Positions 1 through 11,913 of a stretch of 64,000 nucleotides of DNA are shown here, in pieces (the stretch's first letter is position 1; the number at the start of each line of letters is the position of its first letter). This DNA comes from Amoebidium appalachense (Eukaryota; Protista; Ichthyosporea), in the NCBI GenBank assembly GCA_963693365.1, contig CAVNZM010000001.1, forward strand, positions 4,728,907 through 4,792,906, in the 5' to 3' direction. The notes under the pieces are model-generated. The model did not search any database. It saw only the letters and a program-made list of their open reading frames with translations, and was not told the origin of the DNA. Position numbers and translations under genes: made by a program.

Positions 1-308
1 TTCCCCCCACCTTCCCCCAGCCCCCCCCCCCCCCCCCCCCCCCTCCCCGCCTCCCCCACAAAAAAAAAACCACAAACATACATCCCACACACCACACACA
101 CACACACACACACACTCACACACCAAACAAGGGGCCGGGGGGGGGGGGGGGGGGGAAGCCACACACCAATGCAGGAGACACCCCTTCCCGCCAATACATA
201 CACACAAATCAACCAATACATCCGCTCATAATGGGACCATATCATGTAAACTATCACATGTGCATCTGAAGCCTTCACATACTAGTAATCCCCTCCCCTC
301 CTCCCTAC

Positions 309-351
<43 letters not shown>

Positions 352-1337
352 CGGCCCCAGGCGACCCATATGTCCACCAAACAAATTTTAACAACAACAA
401 TAATGAGTGTGGGTACAGCAGAGAGGCATGAGAATGGTCCAAATTATTTGACACAATATAACACTTGCACTGACAACCAATGCGCCGTTTCTTTAACCAC
501 TAAGAATCTCATATCCATCGCCAACTGAGAGGTCACCACTCAGGTTAAAACCAAAAACAACAAACAAAAGAAAGAAGAGGAAGAAAGTGTGGGAGCCCGT
601 ACGCGGGGCGGGGGGGGGGGGGGGGGGGGGGGGGGTTACATGTCGTGTCCAGCCGGGTCATCGTTGCTTCCCAGTGGCCTGTAGCCGTTATTTCGTCCAG
701 TGTACCTGGATGAATGTTTCGTAAACCAGATCCTGTGCGTCTCCCCCCTCCCCCCCCCCCCCCCCCCCCCCTTCCAGGAAAAAAAAAACAAAAACACCAA
801 CATATACACACGCTCCCCTCGTTCCCTCCCGATGTGTGAAAACCCCAATACTACAAGCAAAGGTCAGGCGGCACGAGACATCATTTGGAAAAACTTTATA
901 AATACACACGGACAATGCTATGATCACACCCACACACACCCGTGTGCTTGTGCACTTCACGCAAACATGCGAGCGCACACCCACACCCAACCATACAGCT
1001 CTAACTTGCAACAGCCCAAGCATGTAGGTGTGAAAAAACATAGCCACACACACGTGTATTATGCACGCATAACTCAAGGTCTCAATTAGACTGACTTACA
1101 GAAGGACACTGGCAAACACCTGACATGGATGCAAACATGAACCAACACCAAATCTTAGCATACAAACCACACGAATCCACATACACACCAGCACGCATGT
1201 GAATGGGTGCCACAAGCAGGTAAAAATCAAAGGTGCACAACCCACATATGTGGCTTGGGCAAGCTCAAGCGCTCCTACACTGGCATGCACATAAGACATG
1301 CAATCAAGCGGCCATCGGGAATCTATCATTTCCTCCT

Positions 1338-1377
<40 letters not shown>

Positions 1378-2835
1378 ACCACCACCACCACAAAAAAAAA
1401 AAAAAAAAAAAAAAGCACAGACGTGCACACACACTCTCCGGATCCTTTTTCATCGCAGCACAAGCTGCGTGCTTTCCATCGCAGCACACCGTGTATTTGG
1501 CACACCCCCAAAAAATAAAAAGGCAGCCAGGAAACAATATCACGGATACACGGGCAGAAACACAGGAATATCGGGATCCACAAACGCACAACCACCTGCA
1601 CGGTTGCACGCACGGGCGCACGCATGCACGCGCGCAATACACATACATATCGCGAGCGCAATACGAACGAACACATAACCACAGGCAGGCACGCACAACG
1701 CACATGCGCACACAGGCATTCACAAAGAGCGCGCGAATTTCGCTCGCTCGCCCGTACGCACGTCTGCCCGCAGCCCGCCCACCCGTCCTCTCATCCACCT
1801 GCCTACATCCACGAAGCTAGCAAGCACACGAGTCACCTACCTGCTCATGTTGAGGTTGGAAGGGGTATCTAGCTGCACTGGAGTGGATCTTTAGATCAGT
1901 GGCAGGTTTTCAACAAAAGACTGCGACCCCAAACCTTGTTGGTATGTATATGCCAGCCTGTAAGCCAACGAATGTATGCCTTGCTTTTAAAGTGCTCGGC
2001 ATTCCTGTACACGACCACAACACAGGTAACTTTCTCTGGAACACGGAGATGGAGAATCGTCGACTCATACGATGAAAGCTACGCGTGATCATTGAAAAAA
2101 AATCTGCCGCCATCTGATCGATATGGGCCAGGCAGCCAGGCATCCCTCGATAATGGCTTTTCACTGTGAACGTTGCCAGGCCGCGTGTGACTCGAGGAAG
2201 GATGTCGCCCTCCAGATCTTCATGATAACGTTTGCTCATCATTTGCCATGAGCAGAAGTGGCAATGGCGATAAATGGAGAGCTATATTTAGGCTTTCAAA
2301 AAAGGGAAATATTAGCATAGTGTATACTGCAACAATCCATGATGTGTCTGTGGCACTCTGTGCTTCGGGCTTGCAAAGTTTGAAAACATGTGACCTCTGT
2401 AATAAGTTGACATCAATGATATCATCAGATAAACACATGAGCGAGCGTTGTCGCGCAAGTTACAAACACAAAACAAGGTTAGTAACCATTTGCATTTATT
2501 ATTATCATTACATCACATTTTCATTTCACGAATAAATTTATTGTTTGTGTACATGAGTACACATACCGTATTTATTACTCTACCTAAGTGGGCTTCATAT
2601 ATCGACAGTTACGAGGTGACAGAGTCTGGCTATGACGTAATCGGGCCAGCCAGACTATGATGCCAGGCCCCCTGCAGTCGATTCGGGTCAAGATGCGACA
2701 GCGAATTTTCACACAGTGTTCAGGTATCTCAATATGCACTTGTTGCTGGATAACTCGTGAAGTTTTTATTGTCTTCCTGAGTATCATGCCGTGCATACTT
2801 GCATATCTTTCCGTCGAATAATTCCAGTCCAAAAA

Positions 2836-3527
2836 AATTTTTTTTCTATAATTTTTAAAATGACTTTATTGATATGCTCAGCAAAATAGAAGCCATCGAG
2901 ATATCAACGATATCTCGGAGAAGAAAATACAGAAGCCCTCACTCCCGGGTTTACACACTTTTTTTATTGCTCACTCTCGGATAAGGAGGAGATAAAGAAA
3001 ACTTTCCGGAATAGCTAAGGCATCCGATCCTTGACTACCCCATGGCACAAGTAAGGGTATCTGATGTAGGACTATCAGTACACTCTATATTGGAGGGTTT
3101 TTTAGCTTAGAGGGCCATTCAATTTGCCATAGTTCTGCACCCAGGCGAGTCCCATCAGGGCATCCGATCCCCAATACGCTACGTCCCGGGATTCGAACCA
3201 GGTCGGAGGCGAGGACTAGGAGCTTATCCGCTCGATTTTTTTTTTTTTTTTTATTAAAAAAAAATGACTTTATTGATATGCTCATGAAAGAGAAGCAAGC
3301 TGGAGATATCACAAATATCTCAGAGAAGAAAATGGGGGTTTACGCTGTTTACTCGAGGCAAAGAGAACCAGTCTCAGGTATGGGGGGGGGTTTTGCTCGG
3401 AATATCCCCTCAGCGGTATATCATGATCACGTACATAGATGTCGGGTGGTGACTATATATCAGGGTTTACTTTCTCTACGAGACACCATAAAGAGTACAA
3501 GGAGAAATCAATTAGTTGGGGTTCCCC

Positions 3528-3575
<48 letters not shown>

Positions 3576-3620
3576 CTCTTCAAAAACCCATACTCGCGGA
3601 TACGGAGGAGATGACGACTC
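2836..3620 (-). mobile_element. Stack of 5'-truncated non-LTR retroelement 3' ends
   Basis: Two related copies of ATGACTTTATTGATATGCTCA next to T-runs (~2860, ~3264; AATAAA plus A-tail on the minus strand; third copy near 31000). Each is followed by a GGG(GG)TTTAC end (2947, 3334) like the terminus at 50752-50780. Long T-run at ~3529-3575. Confidence 0.5.
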
Positions 3621-3922
3621 AGTTCGACTCTGACAATTGTTGATCACATCACTTGAACTTTCGCGAATCTGAATCTTGTGTACGGTAGCACTTTCAAGTA
3701 TCACATTCACTTCATTTTTTTTGTGAGTTTCGACTCTGACAAGTTGTTGATCACATCACTTGAACTTTCGCGAATCTGAATCTTGTGTACGGTAGCACTT
3801 TCAAGTATCACACTCCAACAACTTGTCAGAGTCGAAATTTTGATCACATCACTTGAACTTTCGCGAATCTGAATCTTGTGTACGTAGCATTTCAAGTATC
3901 ACACTCACTACATTTTTTTGTG
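3621..3922 (+). repeat. Tandem repeat, ~105 bp unit x3
   Basis: Unit TTCGACTCTGACAAGTTGTTGATCACATCACTTGAACTTTCGCGAATCTGAATCTTGTGTACGGTAGCACTTTCAAGTATCAC...ATTTTTTTGTG starts at ~3621 and ~3726; the third unit has a rearranged start (3816-3840). Confidence 0.9.
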
Positions 3923-4139
3923 AAAAACACGTGGCACCACACACACCAACATGAGCAAGACGCTCCGCTGCGGCAGTCGCATCGCTCTTCAGGGGAGCCG
4001 GGGCTGAAGCCACCAACCGGCACTCCCCTCTGGCCGCGGAAGATCCCAAAGATCCCATTGTGAACTCCACCCCCATGCACTGCGGTGGACTCTCAAGACT
4101 CCGATACAGGTCGTGGAGCTCAGAAGCACGGATACTCAG
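3621..4139 (+). mobile_element. 5' end of a non-LTR-like element (tandem monomers plus ORF1 start); left arm of a ~520 bp inverted repeat
   Basis: Near reverse complement of 9995-10525. ATG AGC AAG ACG CTC at 3951 matches the ORF start at 10166 (-). Homology stops at about 4139. Confidence 0.75.
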
Positions 4140-4146
4140 TTGGTAG

Positions 4147-5335
4147 TGTTGGAAGTAGAGTCCGCTGTGACTAGGGTCGTCGTGGCGCGCTTGGGCGCTG
4201 ACCCGTTTTTTACTGCTTTCAGTGTGTTAACTCCATGACTGAACTCCATGACTTAACTCCATGACTTAACTCCATGACTGAACTCCATGACTGAACTCCA
4301 TGACTGAACTCCATGACTGCACCTGGCAGAGACGTGGCTTATATACCCGTGGGGCAGCAGTCTGGAATGTAATCCGGATGCCAGGTGCTAATCGGATTGG
4401 TTACTTTCATTTAGAGATCTCTGGGACCAGTGAACCAATCGTTTGCAGTCAAAACACAATTGGCAACATTCCTCAACTATGCAGATGTGCATGTGGTGAT
4501 CGAGTGTCAGCGTGTGTCTGTGTACACGGAACCAATTGTAAAGCTAACATACACATATTGTGGAGTGAGCGTAAGTCTGCACTCCAACACCCCTACCCAA
4601 TTGGAGAAGTGTACACACCACTAGAGAAGAGAGAGTGAGTGTGGCTGCTTGCAGGGTAGACCGGGGTGTGCATTCCACTGTGGTGCGTGCCCCGCCAATG
4701 AAGTGGAATACTTGACGTTGATGTCGCAGGCTGCTGCGGATGGAGTTTGTGGAAGCGAAAGTCTCTACTTCACGGAAATACGCTCGCGGGTGTAGGGTAC
4801 AGCCTAGAAGTCGGTTTCTGGGCTCCTCCGTTCAAGGCGTCGTAGGGGACGTGAAGTTAGAGGCCGCGGTGTCGTGTCTGGGCCCATAACCCTGTTGGAA
4901 GTAGAGTCCGCTGTGACTAGGGTCGTCGTGGCGCGCTTGGGCGCTGACCCGTTTTTTACTGCTTTCAGTGTGTTAACTCCATGACTGAACTCCATGACTT
5001 AACTCCATGACTTAACTCCATGACTGAACTCCATGACTGAACTCCATGACTGAACTCCATGACTGCACCTGGCAGAGACGTGGCTTATATACCCGTGGGG
5101 CAGCAGTCTGGAATGTAATCCGGATGCCAGGTGCTAATCGGATTGGTTACTTTCATTTAGAGATCTCTGGGACCAGTGAACCAATCGTTTGCAGTCAAAA
5201 CACAATTGGCAACATTCCTCAACTATGCAGATGTGCATGTGGTGATCGAGTGTCAGCGTGTGTCTGTGTACACGGAACCAATTGTAAAGCTAACATACAC
5301 ATATTGTGGAGTGAGCGTAAGTCTGCACTCCAACA
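4147..5335 (-). mobile_element. Non-autonomous Copia-type LTR element (TRIM-like)
   Basis: 443 bp LTRs at 4147-4589 and 4893-5335 with TGTTGGA...TCCAACA ends. 5 bp TSD GGTAG (4142-4146, 5336-5340). Minus-strand PBS GGTTATGGGCCCAG (4878-4891) and PPT-like GGGTAGGGG (4590-4598). Only 303 bp of non-coding interior. Confidence 0.92.
4229..4319 (+). repeat. 13 bp tandem repeat x7 inside the LTR (also 4975-5065)
   Basis: AACTCCATGACT(G/T) repeated seven times in each LTR. Confidence 0.95.
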
Positions 5336-5371
5336 GGTAGTTGGCTTGGTCTGCCAGTGGGCGTCCAACAG

Positions 5372-5648
5372 TTAACACTTCTTCTTCATGTTCCCTTCTG
5401 CATCGGGTTGGAAGTCCTTGGGGTCGAGCACCTCAAGGGTGCAACGGCGGAGGTGATCAGTGCCAGGGGCCGCGCCGGGATCCACCAAGAGCTCAAGAAT
5501 CTGACCACCAATGAACGAGTAGGAATGGATAAGACTCGTGCGCACTCGGAGGGCCCGGAAGTCAGCCTTGATTTCACGGATAGTACTAGTACGACGGAAA
5601 AGAAGGTGTACAAACACCGCGGTGAGTGTTTTGGGTTGCAATGCACAC
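5372..5648 (-). pseudogene. Downstream fragment of non-LTR ORF1-like protein
   Basis: PKTLTAVFVHLLFRRTSTIREIKADFRALRVRTSLIHSYSFIGGQILELLVD resembles, from recall, ORF1 of fungal/algal LINEs. It joins in frame to the 9608-10021 ORF (..GFSAGA|CALQPK..) once 5649-9608 is removed. Confidence 0.55.
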
Positions 5649-8600
5649 AGCCCCCTCATAGTATGTTACGAAAAAAAGAGACCCGTTGCCCTTGCGTGCA
5701 TTGCGCTATTGCACACTGTCATCGTGTCCATGCCACCGCGCGCACGTCCACACTCGCAACCCAGATGCACGGCCGCTTTCAGCACGAATGCATTTAAAGA
5801 AGAAGATAGTCGCTGTTCCTATAGCATTGAGGACATAAGGTGCTGTGAAAGTAGTTTTGCATGCATGCTTCGAATTTCTTGCTGTTTTCGAATACAGCAT
5901 GCCCCATAGTTTAGCGCACAGGATGCACAACATGCGCATGAATGTATGCTGGCATGCCTAAACACATTACGAACATATGCCTCGTGTATGGCGGCCCTTC
6001 CTGGTGCCACGCCCTAACGAATTTGCACTCTTGGTGCACAAAAGGCATGTAATAAAGTTGATGCAGAACTTTTGTTCATGCATGTGAAAAACAAAGAAGG
6101 TGTTGGGTACGAATTTTAAGGTGAATGCCCGTCTGTGGCAATACTGTGTAACATACCAATTGCACTGTCAAGCCTTGCACTAGCTGCCGGCACACCCCCA
6201 CCAGAACAAAAGAATGTGGTATGGGCACCGTTCCCTCACAACCCCAGCATACAGTGTCAGTATTTTGGCTGGAAGCCTTTCAGTTTCGAATTACGAATAC
6301 CCTCCTTCACTACTGAAGAAAGTGACGTGGAAGACGAATACGAATACGAATGCAAGGTGTTGTTGACTAACACATCGGACCATCATGTGTACCTAGGCCC
6401 TGGTACGGAGGTGACCATGTTATTCCCTTGCAATATGATGACACTGTAACAATTTAGCACGTGCATACCCCACCAATGGGCACATGCGGGAGACAACCCC
6501 ACAAGCTGCCTTATTGGGCACCTCTGCTAAAACGAATATTCTTCTCACGAAGGAACAGAAGAATGCCACGAACACGAACCACACACCCCCCAGGCAGCTA
6601 CTTACGTCTGATGTATGAAAGTAGTAGGTGTGTGAATGGGGTAACTTCATGAACACCAACACGAAAGCAAGCACAGCACAAAGCAGTTCCACGAATACGA
6701 ATGGTTTTGGTATTCCACACAACGAACAGAACCTACAGTAGGGTCACCTACAAATGAAGCAGAGGATGGGGCACCATCCAGACCTGCACTGGAGGATATG
6801 AAGATACGAAGCGCGCTCACGAAGTTGCTTACAAAAGAAAGGGCCCGGGCGACTCTGACGACTTTTCTTTTTAGGCCAAGCCTCCAGAAGAATGTATTAT
6901 GCCTGGAATCCCCCTGCTCAACGAAAAATGGCTGGCAAATGGGATACGAAAACTGCTCACGAATGGAAGCATGTGTTTTCTGAAGAAGGTTTGCTTTGCC
7001 TACCCTCTTCTTATGAATTATGAACCGGGTTTTTACTGGTTCGAATTCTGACGGGCTGATATATTTCTTTATGTCGCCCAACGAAGAACACTTGGGGCAT
7101 TTTTATTCATGTTTTTCCCAGCTCCGATGATGCAGGGTTAAAGCTGAAAGGAAAGAAGTGCTATTTGTTCATGAAAGAAGTGGCTTTTCTGGCCATGGCG
7201 ACTCGCCTTACAGTCTTAAGGTAGAACCGGGATAAGGAGCAGCGGCTAAGCCTTGAAGCTATCCACCACTACCTGAGCTACGAAGTGACCTAAGGCTTGA
7301 GTTATATTCATTATCGAATGCTTGGTATGATCATTCATCCACACAACCAAATTACTCGCAATTGAAAACGAATCTGCGGGAGTATCCTAAAAAGGAAAAA
7401 TTCCCAAAAAGGAAAATATTACTTCTACAGAAAAAGCCAAGCACAGAGACGAAGCGAACAATTCGCACGAACACTCTGCAACAATCTTCGCCACGAAAAT
7501 GAGGTCAGTCTGAGAGGGGGATTGGCCGGAGGTCGCGCCGGCCCGTGGTAGGTTGGACAGTCACTGGCTGCTTGGGCAGACGAGCCTTGAGTCGTTGAGC
7601 TGCATTCACAAAATCATCAACAAGGTGCACGTTTTGACCGACGCTGCGGATGGAGCAAGCCACACTGTCCGATCGCGAGCGAAGCTCATCGGGGCCTTGA
7701 GCAACAGCCGCTGCATAACGCAAAGAAGGCGTCCTCCTTCTTTCTATATTTGGTAATACAAGTCTATACAGAGAGAAATATACCGTTATGGCCCTCTACA
7801 AGTAATGGCCACGTGCTAATACACTCTCTCCCTTTGTGATCGATATCTCTTCTGAGCGCGAGCTCAGAGCCCTGTTCGATCGATTATCGAGCCAAGATGA
7901 CATCACAATGACGTACATTCCATTGTTCGCAAAACCCAGTCATCTTAGAATTCGAATTTCCCAATAAGTCTAATTAGATCGTGCCGGAGATGATTTTGAA
8001 TATTTTCGAATGTAAATATATTTATATATAAGTCGTCCTTATCCTGGTGATATGAGATGCCATGACCTGAGAGATAATTTAGAATATTGTATTATTCTTA
8101 TCAGTGCCAAGCTTCGTCATCTTCTTCTTAGAATATTCCTGATTCTTCTTAGTGTAACTTTTAGTGTAACCTTCTTGCACGTTGGTGCGTACTCAATTTC
8201 TATTGGCTATCGTAATCTATGCCCCGAGTATATAAATCGCCACATGCATTCAGTCATTCAGTCCAGTCAACTTGATCAGTCAGTCCGAGTCACAGCCAGC
8301 CAAGTTCCTCTACCCCCATGGCCAAGTACAGCAGCTTCAAGACGTCACTGCAAGGCTTCAAGGAGAAGTGTCTTCAACATGCAACAGCGAGACTGTCGTG
8401 GCAACAACCAGAGTGTATACCAACTACTCTAACTATCTGCACGCTTAAAGGGGCTCGAAACCGTGTATACGTATAAACTTTTCTTTGAGTTGGGTGGGAA
8501 GCGAGTTTTTTGTGTTCTGAGAAGAACTTCCAAAAGCCCGCGACCCCGCGAGACACTTCACAGACACGCGGCCCACTGGCCAGACAAATACCACAGTGAC

Positions 8601-9608
8601 ATTCAGCCAATCACAACACTCCCTCCCCCACAGACTACACGCACTCCACACCATTGGCTACCGCGACCTCAGACACCCCTACAGCACTACAACACGTACA
8701 CACGTTTACTCACAATACATATAAGCATACACACACGCGAGCAGGCAACATGGGTCTCGCCACGCACACAGCAAGAAGCAATACAACATTTAACATGGAG
8801 AGTACGCAGAGGCATGGGGCATGCACGCGCGCACCAAACAATCAGCCGCCGCTGCATCAGATTCTCCCCATACCACTGATTAATCTCCTCATACCCCATT
8901 TAGACCCCGGCATCACTATGCAAGAAAACCCCCGAAATTCACTCACCAAAACACGAATTATAGAAGCAAACTAATACGAATCAGCTCAGCACATGACAGA
9001 GACTCTGGCTATGACTATAACACTGTGACTGTACACTTCTACATGTTAGACTACAGTACTCTATTCTTTTCTTTCGTTCTCACAAGTTATAATTCGAATT
9101 TACATGCATAGATAAATTGAATATAAATAGATATACTCTCACTTCTGGTCATGAAATACAGCTAAGGAAAAATGGGTATAAGAGTTCACACTCTTATCCA
9201 GCCACGTTGATAGAGTGTATTGCGCACACTCACGCGGCTAGCCTTTCCTAGTAGATAGCTGAATAAACGTTCCAAGTAAGGCTAATAACTAACTAATAAT
9301 TGCTCGCTCTTGCTTCTGCTTCTTTGCATATCTGCATGTTTACTAGGTGCCACACATAACACAAACACGTACATTTTAACCTCTTGACGCGCATGAGAAC
9401 ATACACAGCACACACAAATATGTGGTTATACTATGCCCAGCACTCTTATCACACGCTTCCACAAACACGCTTCCACACACCTCCCATAAACAGTAGCACA
9501 AAACATAACCACGTGCCAGTGTAGCCATGTGCGTGAGCAGTGGGCTCTAGCCATAAGCCTGAGACAGACAAAGGGCCCCGCCTTTAGGATAAGAACGCGG
9601 TTGGGGCT
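5649..9608. mobile_element. ~3.96 kb degenerate DNA-transposon-like insertion
   Basis: Ends AGCCCC...GGGGCT, flanked by a 3 bp duplication CAC (5646-5648, 9609-9611). Its removal restores the host ORF1 frame. Interior has only short possible transposase-like peptides (WDTKTAHEWK ~6940, RGDWPEVA ~7515). Confidence 0.6.
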
Positions 9609-10525
9609 CACGCACCGGCTGAGAAGCCCGTGCAGTGCATGAGTGGTACCACCGTGACCGGCCCGGGCAGTAGCATCGCCAACAGCGTCACGGGGAGCAG
9701 GGAAAACAGCGGGAATCTGAACAGGACCAGGCTCAACCGGACAGGTTCGGATGCTGCTTGAGGAATAGGCCGAGACGAGTCAGGGAGCCGAGAAGTGGAC
9801 ACTGTCATGGCTTCAAGGCAAGAAATCTGCTCGGGCAGTCGCGAGACCGTCTCAGTAAGAGCCTTGTTTGCTTGAGTGAGAGACTGGAGTTGCTCGTGAA
9901 GACGTCCGACGTTTTCCTCGCGCAAATCATCTTCAGTAGCAGAGGAAATGCGGGGGTTCTTGTGGCTCTCCAGCAGACTCATCATCCGAAGAGGCTGAGT
10001 ATCCGTGCTTCTGAGCTCCACGACCTGTATCGAAGTCTTGAGAGTCCACCTGCATGGGGGTGGAGTTCACAATGGGATCTTTGGGATCTTCCGCGGCCAG
10101 AGGGGAGTACCGGTTGGTGGCTTCAGCCCCGGCTCCCCGAGAGCGACTGCGGAGCGTCTTGCTCATGTTGGTGTGTGTGGTGCCACGTGTTTTTCACAAA
10201 AAAATGTAGCGAGTGTGATACTTGAAAGTGCTACCGTACACAAGATTCAGATTCGCGGAAGTTCAAGTGATGTGATCAACAACTTGTCAGAGTCGAAACT
10301 CACAAAAAAATGGAGTGTGATACTTGAAAGTGCTACCGTACACAAGACTCAGATTCGCGAAAGTTCAAGTGATGTGATCAGCAACTTGTCAGAGTCGAAA
10401 CTCACAAAAAAATGAAGTGAGTGTGGGGGTTTACACACTTTTTATTGCGTGGACGATACTTGAAAGTGCTACCGTACATAAGATTCAGATTCGCGAAATT
10501 CAAGTGATGTGATCAACAACTTGTC
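9609..10525 (-). mobile_element. 5' part of non-LTR-like element: three ~100 bp monomers plus frameshifted ORF1
   Basis: Monomers at 10194-10525. ORF from ATG 10166 MSKTLRSR..NRYSPLA, then after a frame change a coiled-coil RLHEQLQSLTQANKALTETVSRL. Both motifs are typical of LINE ORF1 N-termini. Confidence 0.65.
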
Positions 10526-11881
10526 GGAACTCGGAAGTTCGAAATAAGAGGGTACTATTAATTCATAGTATTGAATCCACTCAACAAAGTCAACTGTCCA
10601 AAAACCAGAAACATCAACAAGAGAGAGTCAATACAGTTAAGGCTGGAGCTGAAGGATCCCCAAGAAAAGACAAGTATAAATATACATATTGACAATACAG
10701 ATGTACTCTATCTCAAATTCCTGAAGGATAGCTCCTAGCTGCGGCATTTCCGGGCCGGGTCGTGTGATAAAGTGCAGGTAAAAAGCGATTTCGCCTTTTG
10801 CGGTACATTATGAATTACATTTACAGAAAAGTATTGACAAACCCCCCCTGTGGGACGAAATATATGGGATTGGTTCTGAAAATGTTTTGTCTAGGCATAA
10901 ACGCGTATTCATAGGCTACTAGGGTTATAAATCCATTAGAGTTGCCCCTGCTGACGAACTAATGCGGAAAGTCCGAGAACGTATACTAAAACATAGAAAC
11001 AAATGTCATTTACCAAATTATTTAGGCCGTTGTGGCGCGAATGTGACGTATGTTATTACAGACTACTATGGCAATAGTGGGTGTTACGTTCCGCTCCCGC
11101 CAGCTGCCCCAGACGTACGTATACAGCGCGTGCACACGGACTGACGGAGGCTTTTTTACTTCGCATTTTTTACTGTAGGAGAGAGAGCAAAGAGAGAACT
11201 CCAAAAAGGAGCAGCGGAATCACAGTTCTAGAATCACACTAAAGGAGCAGATCTAAGCATTGTGGGAGCTATTGTGCTAATAAGAAGAATTTGTGTGGCT
11301 TTGTAAAAGAAGCGTCATACACAGGCTTTGGTGCGAAAGAAGAGAGAGAAAGGCTGTGCTTTTTCAGGCATCATAAGTACCAACTGCAGCTTGCAGGGAA
11401 CTGGAAACAGGCTGTTCATACACCTTAACACTGACCTTCCATCGAAAAATAAGAGTAGTCTTCCAGTATTTCTTTCATCAACACACAGAATCTGTGTTGG
11501 GGCTAAAAGCTAGTTAGAGGCGACTTTAGCATTGCTTTGGCAACCTGGTTCCTTTTCAGTTCAAAGCTATGAAGTTAAGGTGATAGAAAAAGGTGAGTCG
11601 ATTAACTCCCTGCAGCGTGGCTTGCTGTGTACTATAGAGCAGGGAAATGTCAAGGCCACGTCCAGAGACACCTCCACCAGCCCAAACCGATATACATTGA
11701 GCGTGCATATACCCACACAGAAAATTATTTTCAAGCACACGGACACTCGATTACCCACTCGCACACACACACACACACACACACGCACAGGCACACACGC
11801 TCGCACGCACACATGCACGCACGCGCACGCAATCATTCACTTATTCATTCACTCACTCACTCACTCACGCACGCCCCCCCC

Positions 11882-11913
<32 letters not shown>

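Noticed and set aside
636-2438. Possible minus-strand gene (exon-like blocks at ~636-733, ~1840-1960, 1910-2242)
   Set aside because: Splice-like sites exist, but I could not build a stop-free model or recognise a domain.
3621-4319. CRISPR-like appearance of the tandem repeats
   Set aside because: There are no unique spacers or cas genes and the context is eukaryotic; these are transposon-internal repeats.
8011-8386. Possible solo LTR (TG..CA, TATA-like motif) inside the 4 kb insert
   Set aside because: No matching target-site duplication for any candidate end.
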